Assembly (NCBI GenBank): GCA_028275775.1
Contig: JAPWTZ010000005.1
Span: 1 to 32,000, forward strand
Length of the DNA stretch: 32,000 bases
From: Candidatus Nanopusillus sp.
Lineage (GTDB): Archaea > Nanobdellota > Nanobdellia > Nanobdellales > Nanobdellaceae
Direction of reading: 5' to 3'
Position 1 is the first letter of the stretch. Each line of letters begins with the position of its first letter. The position numbers and the translations under genes were made by a program. This document shows, piece by piece, positions 6,514 to 14,962 of this stretch. Below the pieces are notes generated by a model, which saw only the letters and a list, made by a program, of their open reading frames with translations, made no database searches and had not been told where the DNA came from.

Positions 6514-7455
6514 TTAGTTCTTTATAACTTTAAAATCTATACAAACTCTATAATTTCCTGGAGCTATATCACCAACTTTTAAAATGTTTAATATCTCATA
6601 TCTAAAATTTAATTCTTTCGAATATTTTTCTAATAAATCTATTGCTCTTTCCTTTATTTTTTCTTCTTCAAAAAATTGATACAAATGTATTATTCCATTA
6701 TTTTTTATTAAAGGTATTGCATATTCTAAAAATGTATGACTTTCCTTTGGTAATGGCATTATAATCCTGTCAAATTTTCTATTAAATTTTTCTAAATTTT
6801 CTAATTCATTAATATATCTTAATTTTTTATATTTTATATTTTTTATTAATTCATCATATTCATAAATATATAAATTATTTATTTCTAATCCAGAATCAAT
6901 TATATCTTTTATATATTCTTTATCATTTTTTATTATTCCATCTCCATCTTCTAAATAACCTATATATTTTGATACATCTCTTACATCTCCTAATAATGTA
7001 ATGACATTATTTACTTTATTTATTCTTACATTTTCTAATCCATATTTTATCGCAAAAGGATTTAATTCAATTGAATATATTATCTTAGCTTTCGAATATT
7101 TTGCTATGTATATTGGATATACATTTACGCCGGAAAACATTACTAAAACTTCTTCATTTTCTTTTACTTGTTTTGCAATTCTATATCTCTCATTACTCAA
7201 CCTTGGAGAATAATAACATCTAGCAACATCTACTTTAAATCTTAATCCATATTCAATATTAATTGTTTCCGTTTTATTTTCTCCATATAAAATCTTATAT
7301 TTTGGAATCCTGTATGGAGGTAAAACATCTGTTTCTTGTAATAGAATTGTTCTTATAAATTTATGCTTTTCCAATATTCTTTTTACATATTCTTCTTCAT
7401 CATATTTTAATGGCTTTTTAATTATAGCTATATCACCTATAATATCATAAGACAT
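6514..7455 (-). CDS. Trm5/Taw2-family tRNA methyltransferase (m1G37 / wyosine pathway), lacking the D1 domain and carrying an internal insertion
   Basis: YDIIGDIAII start, EYGLRFKVDVARCYYSPRLSNERYRI, SAM-site region VLVMFSGVNVYPIYIA, ELNPFAIKYGLENVRINKV and DRIIMPLP all align with M. jannaschii Trm5/Taw2 as I remember it. Confidence 0.75.
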   Translation of the reverse strand: MSYDIIGDIAIIKKPLKYDEEEYVKRILEKHKFIRTILLQETDVLPPYRIPKYKILYGENKTETINIEYGLRFKVDVARCYYSPRLSNERYRIAKQVKENEEVLVMFSGVNVYPIYIAKYSKAKIIYSIELNPFAIKYGLENVRINKVNNVITLLGDVRDVSKYIGYLEDGDGIIKNDKEYIKDIIDSGLEINNLYIYEYDELIKNIKYKKLRYINELENLEKFNRKFDRIIMPLPKESHTFLEYAIPLIKNNGIIHLYQFFEEEKIKERAIDLLEKYSKELNFRYEILNILKVGDIAPGNYRVCIDFKVIKN

Positions 7456-7746
7456 AATATATTTTAAATAAAAAACAATAAAAATATTATTTTTTATTAT
7501 TAAATAAATTTATACTATTTATTTTTCTTTTCTTTATTTCTAGTTTTTCTCATTATTCTAAATATATTAGTTATTTTATCTTTTAGCCAGTATTGATTTA
7601 CATATTAGATTTTTAGGTATCTAAATTGTATGTATTATTTCAATATTTCTAAATATTTTGATTACTTTATAAATATTTATATATAACTCCTTTATAAATT
7701 ATTTATAAATATATAATCTGTTCATGGTTTTACTACGCATTAGTAT

Positions 7747-7932
7747 TCATTTGAAGTCATAAAAAAATGAAAGATTTTTAAACATTTTATACAATAATAT
7801 ATTATGCCAAAGAAAGACAAAGGAAAACAAAAGGATCAACAAGAAAAGCAATAAAGTAGTGTAATATATAATATATTTATTTGTGGAATATAGTAAATGT
7901 AGTAGGCGCGGATCTTCATCGGCTTTATCCAT
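7747..7932 (-). CDS. Possible small membrane protein (61 aa), very uncertain
   Basis: ORF MDKADEDPRLLHLL... with one TM segment (IIYYTTLLLFLLILLFSFVFLW). TTTATAA lies at -30..-24 from the ATG on the minus strand, and a T7 tract sits near the ORF end. Against it: the N-terminal codons GCC/CCG/CGC are atypical for this genome and I recognise no homology. Confidence 0.25.
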   Translation of the reverse strand: MDKADEDPRLLHLLYSTNKYIIYYTTLLLFLLILLFSFVFLWHNILLYKMFKNLSFFYDFK

Positions 7933-7969
7933 ATATTTAATTTTTTATTTTTGGCTTATAAATTTTTAT

Positions 7970-10105
7970 TTATAAATTTGTTGAAGGTTTTGTTACTGTT
8001 TGTTTTAATTTATTTATCAGATTATCATCAACCTTATTAAATAGAACCTGTGGTTCTTTAACTATTTCTATAACTATATTATTAGAAAATTGTAGAAGAG
8101 TACTAAGGTTATCAAAGGATATTTCTTTATAATTTATAAATTCAAAGAATTTTTCTGAAGAATTTGGTATAAATGGATATAACATTGTATATATAGAAAT
8201 TAGTAATATAACTAAAGATTTAACTAGACTTTTATTATTTTCAGGATTCTCCCATGGTTTATTTTCCTGAAATATTTTATTTCCATAACCAGATAATTCC
8301 AATATTTTTCTTAATGCTAAATTAAATTCTCCTTTATCCATATATTTATAATATTCATTTAATGTATTATTTATTGTATTTATAATATCCTTTCTAACAT
8401 TGCCATCTATTTTATTATTATAATATTTTCTAACAAAAGATAAAATTCTATGAGTAAGATTTCCTATATTATTTACCAATTCATTGTTTATAACAGATTG
8501 GAAATCATCCCATTTAAAGTCAGAATCTTTATTATATGGTAAAATATATGAAATATAAAATCTCCAATAATCAGGATCAAGTTCTGATTTTATTAATGAA
8601 TCACAAAATATACCCCAATTTTGACTTTTACTAATTTTCCTATTTTCATATGTTAAATAAGATAGTCCAATTACATTATATGGTAAACTATAATTATCCA
8701 ATTTTGTATATTCAAAGAATTCTTTATAATTATCGCTTACATTATGCGTAGATAATAAAATTGCTGGCCAAAATACTGCATGAAATGGAATATTATCTTT
8801 TCCTAAAAAATGATATACTTTTCCATTTATCCAAAATTCTCTCCAATTAATATCTAAAACAATTTTTATAACTTTTTTATTTTCAAACAAGAATTTTAAT
8901 ATCTTATATAAATTAAAGAAATCACTATATAATCCTGATAAATATAAAACACTTCCATCTATTTTATATTCTAATTCATATATTTTATTATTTATTTTTA
9001 TCTTAATTATTTTTCCATTGTCTTCTAATAAAGATACATCATTTATATTCTCATCTTTTACATCATCATATAAATATTCCCCCTTTAATTTTTGTGCAAT
9101 AAATGATATATATCCAATTAGTGCATCATACCAGACATATAATACTTTATCCTTATATTCTTCAAAATGATTATATAAATTAAATATACTATCAATTTTT
9201 GGCCAGTTTTCTTCTACAATCTTTAAAATTTTTGTATATTCATCTGTATCTATTACTAAACCTTCTTCTTTTAACGCATTTACTAAAGAATCAACAAAAG
9301 CATCTTTTGAATTAAATGATAATTTATTAAATATTTTTTTAATTGTTACTTGCCATAATTCTTTATATGGAACTGGTACTCCAAAAGATAGATCTCTAGT
9401 TATACTTCTTTCTTTTAATCCTTCTTTTATCCATGATAAAGACATTGTTATTGCTAGATCTGTAAATATTCCTTTTTTACTTTCTAAATATTCTTTTATT
9501 TTATCCTCTAATTTAGTTAAGTTTAAATATAAATGCTTTGTTTTTCTAAATACAATTTTATTTCCAGTAATTGAATTCCTTGGATCAATTAATTCTTTAG
9601 GATCTAATAATCTACCACAATTTTCACATTGATCTCCTCTAGCATTTTCATATCCACAATATGGGCATTTTCCTACAACAAATCTATCTGCTAAAAATTT
9701 ATTCCATTCAGGATCATATGGTAATTCAACCTCTTTTTCTACTATATATCCATTTATATATGCTTTAATAAATAATTCTTGAACTATTTTATAATGTAAA
9801 GGATTATTTGATGTTTGACTAAATTGATCAAATGAAAGATTAAACCATTTATATACTTCTTTATGTACATTATGAAAGAATTTAACAATCTCTTCAGGTT
9901 TTTTATTTCTCTTAATTGCTTCTACTTCTGTAGCAGATCCATGATCATCTGTTCCACACAAATAAAATACAATGTTACCTTTCAATCTATTGTATCTTGC
10001 AAATATATCTGAAGGTAAAAGACTTCCGGCAATATGTCCTATATGTGGTACATTATTTACATATGGTAATGCTGATGTAATTAATACAATATCTTTACTT
10101 TCCAT
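7970..10105 (-). CDS. metG: Methionyl-tRNA synthetase
   Basis: HIGH motif PHIGHIAG, zinc knuckle CPYCGYENARGDQCENCG, YVWYDALIGYIS, FLGKDNIPFHAVFWPA, and KISKS (KMSKS variant). 711 aa with no C-terminal Trbp111-like domain but two internal insertions. Confidence 0.95.
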   Translation of the reverse strand: MESKDIVLITSALPYVNNVPHIGHIAGSLLPSDIFARYNRLKGNIVFYLCGTDDHGSATEVEAIKRNKKPEEIVKFFHNVHKEVYKWFNLSFDQFSQTSNNPLHYKIVQELFIKAYINGYIVEKEVELPYDPEWNKFLADRFVVGKCPYCGYENARGDQCENCGRLLDPKELIDPRNSITGNKIVFRKTKHLYLNLTKLEDKIKEYLESKKGIFTDLAITMSLSWIKEGLKERSITRDLSFGVPVPYKELWQVTIKKIFNKLSFNSKDAFVDSLVNALKEEGLVIDTDEYTKILKIVEENWPKIDSIFNLYNHFEEYKDKVLYVWYDALIGYISFIAQKLKGEYLYDDVKDENINDVSLLEDNGKIIKIKINNKIYELEYKIDGSVLYLSGLYSDFFNLYKILKFLFENKKVIKIVLDINWREFWINGKVYHFLGKDNIPFHAVFWPAILLSTHNVSDNYKEFFEYTKLDNYSLPYNVIGLSYLTYENRKISKSQNWGIFCDSLIKSELDPDYWRFYISYILPYNKDSDFKWDDFQSVINNELVNNIGNLTHRILSFVRKYYNNKIDGNVRKDIINTINNTLNEYYKYMDKGEFNLALRKILELSGYGNKIFQENKPWENPENNKSLVKSLVILLISIYTMLYPFIPNSSEKFFEFINYKEISFDNLSTLLQFSNNIVIEIVKEPQVLFNKVDDNLINKLKQTVTKPSTNL

Positions 10106-10136
10106 GAAATTATTGATAATTATTATTTTTATAAAT

Positions 10137-12569
10137 TCATAATATTTCTTCTATATCTTCTTTATTCTTTGATACAAAGTTTGTATATATTTCAGAATAA
10201 TGACTGAATTTTATTATATCATTCTTATATTTTGGTAAGTTTTTTATCATAAATTGTTTTATATCTTTTACAATATTTCCAGTATATGCTTCAAATAAAC
10301 TTCTTATAACATCTCTTATAACTAAATATGCTTTCTCATATTTTTTTATCTCACCAATATTATCCTTAAACCATTGATATAATACATAGATGACTTCTGG
10401 ATTTTTTGATATACTTGTAAATAAAGTTCTCCAATCTTGCAATTTTATATAATTATCTATTGCTTTATCCAATAAATCTACAATCATACTTGTCCTTCTA
10501 AAGTTAGATAATCCTCTTAATAATATTATTCTTTCCTCTGGATTTTGGGATTTTGAATATAAATTGTACATTCTCATATATTCATTTGTTCCCCCATGTA
10601 AACCAATTATATCAGATATAACCTGTCTATCATTATTATTTAGTTTTTCCCATTCTTTAAACTTATTAAATGAATCTTTTATTATATTATAATCATTTAA
10701 GAATCCCAATACTTTATATGCCAATTTTTTTAACATTAAACTATTGTAATCCTTTATTTCTATATCATAATAATTCTTAAATATATCTTTATAATGTTCA
10801 AATATTCTTTTTTCTTCTATATTAAAGTAAAATGATATATCATATAATATTGTATATAATATTGATAAAACTAGCCAATTATCTTCATTTCTATAATATT
10901 CAATCAATTCAAATAATTTCTTTAATTTAATTTTATTCATTAATGCTAATAAATAATAATCATGTAAAATAACAGCTCTACTTAATGGTGATATTTTCTT
11001 TTCCTTAATAGCATTTCCTATATATTCCAAATTTTCATAATTTGATACATAAAAACCAATAGCATCTCTATTAATTATAAAGTATCTAGGATCTCTTTTA
11101 AGTATAATCTTTCCCTTTGATTTATTAAATAATATATTCATTTTTTCTCCTTCAATATCTAAAAATAAAGGAACTGTCCACTTCTTATTTTCTTTCTTAT
11201 TATATAAAAATCTTGATTGAGATAAATGTATTACAAGATTGTTATAATGTACATTTATTATTGGATAACCTGGAGAATTTACGAATTTTTCAATCATTTC
11301 TCTTACATATTTTCCTCCAATTAATTCAAATTCTTTAAATAAATCTGAAGAACTTGCATTTGAATATTTATATTTATGTAGATAATTTATTATTGCAACT
11401 CTAAATTTGTCATATCCAAGATAATTATCTATCATTCTTAATATATTTCCTCCTTTTCCATAACTTATACTATCAAAAATACTTTCAATTTCTTCTTCTT
11501 TTTCTACTTTAACATTTATTGGATGTGTATAAATTGTTGAATCTTCAAATTTTGCATTATATGTATCAGCAATATACATATAATTTGATCCAATATTATC
11601 TTCATTTAATAATTCATCCATAGCTTTATATGCCATATATGTTGCAAAAGATTCATTTAACCAAAGATCATCCCACCATTTCATAGTAACCAAATTTCCG
11701 GACCATTGATGCCATAATTCATGAGCTATAACTTCATATATTCTTAATCTTTGACTATATGAATAATAATCTTCTTTATATAATAGTGCAGATTCTCTAA
11801 ATGTAATTGCACCCCAATTTTCCATTGCTCCAGCAGCAAAATCTGGTATTGCAATCAAATCTAATTTTTCTAATGGATATTCTATTGATGAATAATTTTC
11901 ATAATATTTTAATACTTTTTTTGCCCAATCTAAAGCATCTTCTCCATCCTCGGATTTACCAATATCAGTAACAACTCTTATTTTCTTATTTTCATATTTA
12001 TCTTCTAAATAATCAAATTTTCCTATTCCTAAATATAATAAATATGTTGACATTGGAGGGGTTTTCTTAAATTTTACAATTTTATAATCTTCATTTATTT
12101 CTTCATTTTCTATTTCTGTATTTGATATTACATCATAATCTTTATTTACTTTTACTTCTAATTCAAATTCTGCTTTAAATTCAGGTTCATCAAAACATGG
12201 AATAAAATATCTTGCATATGTAGGTTCAAATTGTGTAGTTAATATTTTATCTTTTCCTTTACTTAAGTAAAATCCAATTAGATCATTCCTTATCTTTCCT
12301 CTAAATTTTATATATAATTTCTTTTTTCCATAATATTTATTATATAAATTTATTTCAACTGTTTCATTATCTATATTTTTAAAACTTACCTTTTTATTAT
12401 CCAACTTTATTAATTCTATTTTTATATCTCTTGAATGTAAATATATTTTATTTGTAGGTTTATTTATATCAATCTCTATATTTTCTTCTCCTTTATATTC
12501 TAAATTATTAATATCTACATCCAATTTTATATAATATTTAGTTGGTTTTACGTCTTTAGGTAATCTCAT
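10137..12569 (-). CDS. M1-family zinc aminopeptidase (aminopeptidase N / tricorn-interacting factor F3-like)
   Basis: GAMENWG exopeptidase motif and HELWHQWSGNLVTMKWWDDLWLNESFATY (HEXXH-18-E). 810 aa. Confidence 0.9.
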   Translation of the reverse strand: MRLPKDVKPTKYYIKLDVDINNLEYKGEENIEIDINKPTNKIYLHSRDIKIELIKLDNKKVSFKNIDNETVEINLYNKYYGKKKLYIKFRGKIRNDLIGFYLSKGKDKILTTQFEPTYARYFIPCFDEPEFKAEFELEVKVNKDYDVISNTEIENEEINEDYKIVKFKKTPPMSTYLLYLGIGKFDYLEDKYENKKIRVVTDIGKSEDGEDALDWAKKVLKYYENYSSIEYPLEKLDLIAIPDFAAGAMENWGAITFRESALLYKEDYYSYSQRLRIYEVIAHELWHQWSGNLVTMKWWDDLWLNESFATYMAYKAMDELLNEDNIGSNYMYIADTYNAKFEDSTIYTHPINVKVEKEEEIESIFDSISYGKGGNILRMIDNYLGYDKFRVAIINYLHKYKYSNASSSDLFKEFELIGGKYVREMIEKFVNSPGYPIINVHYNNLVIHLSQSRFLYNKKENKKWTVPLFLDIEGEKMNILFNKSKGKIILKRDPRYFIINRDAIGFYVSNYENLEYIGNAIKEKKISPLSRAVILHDYYLLALMNKIKLKKLFELIEYYRNEDNWLVLSILYTILYDISFYFNIEEKRIFEHYKDIFKNYYDIEIKDYNSLMLKKLAYKVLGFLNDYNIIKDSFNKFKEWEKLNNNDRQVISDIIGLHGGTNEYMRMYNLYSKSQNPEERIILLRGLSNFRRTSMIVDLLDKAIDNYIKLQDWRTLFTSISKNPEVIYVLYQWFKDNIGEIKKYEKAYLVIRDVIRSLFEAYTGNIVKDIKQFMIKNLPKYKNDIIKFSHYSEIYTNFVSKNKEDIEEIL

Positions 12570-12601
12570 TAATATATAAAATATTCCGATATATTTTTAA
12601 T

Positions 12602-13234
12602 ATGAATAAGGTTTACAAAGTGCTTGGTCTTCCAATAACAATATGGCTAATAATTATACTCTTTATAGTATATATTATAGAATTAATGAATCCATCGATA
12701 TTAAATATAATTGCCTTTTATCCATATTATGCTATAAGATATCCATGGATGTTTATAACATCTATTTTTGGAGATTATAGTTTAAGTCAATTATTTTTCG
12801 ATGGATTAGCACTATTCTTTCTTGGTTTATCATTTGAATATTTATATGGAAGCGAAAATCTTTTGATATTATTTTTCTTGTCTGGTATTATTGGAAATAT
12901 ATTCTTTTTATTTCAATATTATAATAATCCATTGACTGCTGGAATTGGATCTTCTGCTGCAATATCTGGTATATTAGGAGCATTGGGGATATTGAAACCA
13001 AAAGAGAAAGTAATTATATTTCCAATAATAATTCCAATAGATATGATATATGCAGCAATATTTTGGGTAATATTTAACTTAATTGGAATATTTTATCCAT
13101 TTATACCTTTAGGATTTTCTGCTCATCTTGGTGGAACATTATTTGGATTTTTATATGGATATATATTAAAAAAATATAAAGGAAAAACATCAATAGATAA
13201 TATTTTTGATAATCAAGAAGAAATTTATTTATAA
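12602..13234 (+). CDS. Rhomboid-family intramembrane serine protease
   Basis: Polytopic, 210 aa. GIGSSAAISGILGA (GxSxxxxG catalytic Ser helix) and a later AHLGGTLFGF (catalytic His). Confidence 0.8.
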   Translation: MNKVYKVLGLPITIWLIIILFIVYIIELMNPSILNIIAFYPYYAIRYPWMFITSIFGDYSLSQLFFDGLALFFLGLSFEYLYGSENLLILFFLSGIIGNIFFLFQYYNNPLTAGIGSSAAISGILGALGILKPKEKVIIFPIIIPIDMIYAAIFWVIFNLIGIFYPFIPLGFSAHLGGTLFGFLYGYILKKYKGKTSIDNIFDNQEEIYL

Positions 13235-13281
13235 TTTTTTGCCTAATAAACTATATAAATTATTAAAGTATAATTATTAAA

Positions 13282-13521
13282 ATGGAAGCGAAAGTTGAAA
13301 ATACAAATGAAAAATTAATAAAGGAAATAAGGACAAAATTGGCTACATTATCTACAAACACACTCTTAAGATATTATGAAGATATTAAATCTAAGATTAT
13401 CCCCTCAAATTTATCATATTATTCTCAATATTTATCATATGATGAATTATTAGATAATATTGAAAGAGAATTGATATTAAGAGGAGCCCTAAAAAAGATA
13501 AAAAAATTGGATATTCGATAA
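13282..13521 (+). CDS. Hypothetical small helical protein (79 aa)
   Basis: ATG-started ORF filling an otherwise empty gap. No recognisable motif. Confidence 0.4.
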   Translation: MEAKVENTNEKLIKEIRTKLATLSTNTLLRYYEDIKSKIIPSNLSYYSQYLSYDELLDNIERELILRGALKKIKKLDIR

Positions 13522-14940
13522 TTATACCTGATCTTGTATATATTTTTTGCCAGTTCTTTTAAATTCATTTGCTTTATATATTTCTCTTCCAACATATATT
13601 GAATGATCATATAATGTAAAAAATGGTAGTCCCTTTAATCTATTATATATTTCATCAACATTTTCAGATCCAAATTTAAAATCTAAAATTGTATTATCAT
13701 AACTTCTATGTTCTATAAATGTTTTATTATCTTCATTATATATTATAAAATTACCCTTTGGATCTGGTACAAAAGATCTTATTCTATATCCATATTTTTC
13801 TAATACTTTTTCCATATATGGAAAATCATGTTCATATACATGTGCTGATGCTGAAATTGTTGTAACAATTCCCAATTCATATCCTTTATTTGTTCTTTTA
13901 TTTATTTCATTAACAATATATTCTCCAATTCTAATTAATGCATACATATTTAATGCCCATCCTCTAAACATATCATTACTCCTTATATATTCTGTAAGGT
14001 TTAGATATTTTCCCTGAATTATTGCTTCTATAGATATAACACATGGTGGATCATTTGAATATATATCTCTATTTGGATTCCATGTAATCATAATTGCTCT
14101 CCTTGTTTCTGGATTTTTTGACAATTTATTTATCATATATTCTAATTGATTTATATTATTATAATTAAGAAATCTTTCTCCATATGTATAATCAACACCT
14201 TCTGGTTTTTTATCAATAAAATATCCTTTTAAATGTTTTTCAAATTCTTCTAATTTAATAAATTCATCAAATTCCTTTTCTAATTGATATTTTTTCCCAT
14301 ATAATCCTAAACTAACAATTATATTTAATCTCTCTAATTGTTTTTCATTATATTCAGAATCTTTTAAAATTCCAAACATTTTAATTTCTGTTAATACTCT
14401 TATCCATGCATTAAATAAAGATTCTTCATATATAAATGCTGGAGGTAATGGAATAATATAACCATAATCTTTCTTTACATCTTCATTTATTTCAATATTT
14501 ATCTTTCTTCTAAATATACTATTTGGTTTATAATTACTCTCAATTATTTCTTCTAATTTACTTATATTCTTATTCCAAAAATCTTTTCTCATATCTATTA
14601 CATTTGTAGTATTTAAAATTTCTTTTATTTCATCATAATTCAAATTTATATGATATCTCCTTAATGTATCTTCATCCTTATTATTAAATATATCTATTAA
14701 TGCCTGACCTGATTGGGTTAGATCGGGTCCATATAGAATTATTCTATTTATTTGTGGATTTTCTCCCAATGTTTGAATTAAATATTTTATTCCGTTAACT
14801 GTATATAGTGTTCCAATTATATTTACCTTATTTTTAACATTTTCAGGTAATGAATTAAATATAAAATCTTTTTTTGCCCACAATGTTGCTATAGAAATAT
14901 TGCTTTTTGGATTTACAATTAAAATATCCTTTTCTAACAT
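13522..14940 (-). CDS. thyA: Fusion protein: N-terminal MtrA-like domain plus C-terminal thymidylate synthase (ThyA)-like domain
   Basis: C-terminal half: NPETRRAIMITWNPNRD, PPCVISIEAIIQGKYLNLTEYIRSNDMFRGWALNMYAL and SAHVYEHD match ThyA signatures (sRR..WNP, PCH catalytic Cys, RS.D, H.Y..H). N-terminal ILIVNPKSNISIATLWAK...IIGTLYTVNGIKYLIQTLGENPQINRIILYGPDLTQSGQAL aligns with my memory of MtrA (VVGNPESCVAVVTLGSH...[40 protein letters not shown]). Confidence 0.75.
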   Translation of the reverse strand: MLEKDILIVNPKSNISIATLWAKKDFIFNSLPENVKNKVNIIGTLYTVNGIKYLIQTLGENPQINRIILYGPDLTQSGQALIDIFNNKDEDTLRRYHINLNYDEIKEILNTTNVIDMRKDFWNKNISKLEEIIESNYKPNSIFRRKINIEINEDVKKDYGYIIPLPPAFIYEESLFNAWIRVLTEIKMFGILKDSEYNEKQLERLNIIVSLGLYGKKYQLEKEFDEFIKLEEFEKHLKGYFIDKKPEGVDYTYGERFLNYNNINQLEYMINKLSKNPETRRAIMITWNPNRDIYSNDPPCVISIEAIIQGKYLNLTEYIRSNDMFRGWALNMYALIRIGEYIVNEINKRTNKGYELGIVTTISASAHVYEHDFPYMEKVLEKYGYRIRSFVPDPKGNFIIYNEDNKTFIEHRSYDNTILDFKFGSENVDEIYNRLKGLPFFTLYDHSIYVGREIYKANEFKRTGKKYIQDQV

Positions 14941-14962
14941 ATAGATAATTTTTTATTTTTTC

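Noticed and set aside
7666-7710. Cluster of TTTATAAAT copies and the 14-nt palindrome as origin recognition boxes
   Set aside because: The motifs are pure A/T, TATA-like, and plausible by chance at this base composition. They lack the G-string/dyad features of archaeal ORB or mini-ORB elements, and no orc1/cdc6 gene is nearby. This is left as a weak alternative in the island finding.
7804-7854. 16-codon ORF MPKKDKGKQKDQQEKQ as a tiny basic ribosomal-type protein
   Set aside because: It does not resemble L39e/L40e/L41e-type sequences I know. The nearest TTTTAA box (7776-7781) would place the transcription start just downstream of its ATG. It is too short to evaluate, so it is mentioned only within the island finding.
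7904-7923. GC-rich patch aggcgcggatcttcatcggc as a split-tRNA half, or as a second box C/D sRNA (the minus strand reads CGAUGAAGA, resembling the variant C box at 5854)
   Set aside because: There is no T-loop (GTTCRAAT) or D-loop consensus and no acceptor-like pairing for a tRNA half. On the minus strand no CUGA/CAGA follows at 12 nt and there is no C'/D' pair, so the C/D architecture is absent. It is kept only as part of the non-coding island finding.
5947-7969. Integrated mobile element using tRNA-Arg as attachment site
   Set aside because: I looked for a direct repeat of the tRNA-Arg (or tRNA-Pro) 3' segment downstream, which would be conspicuous as a GC-rich block. None exists, there is no integrase, and the intervening genes include a housekeeping Trm5-like enzyme.
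8846-9079. MetRS insertion (and the Cdc48 region) as an intein
   Set aside because: No Cys/Ser/Thr at the putative N-extein junction, no His-Asn plus Cys/Ser/Thr at the C-junction, no homing-endonuclease motifs, and the length is too short.
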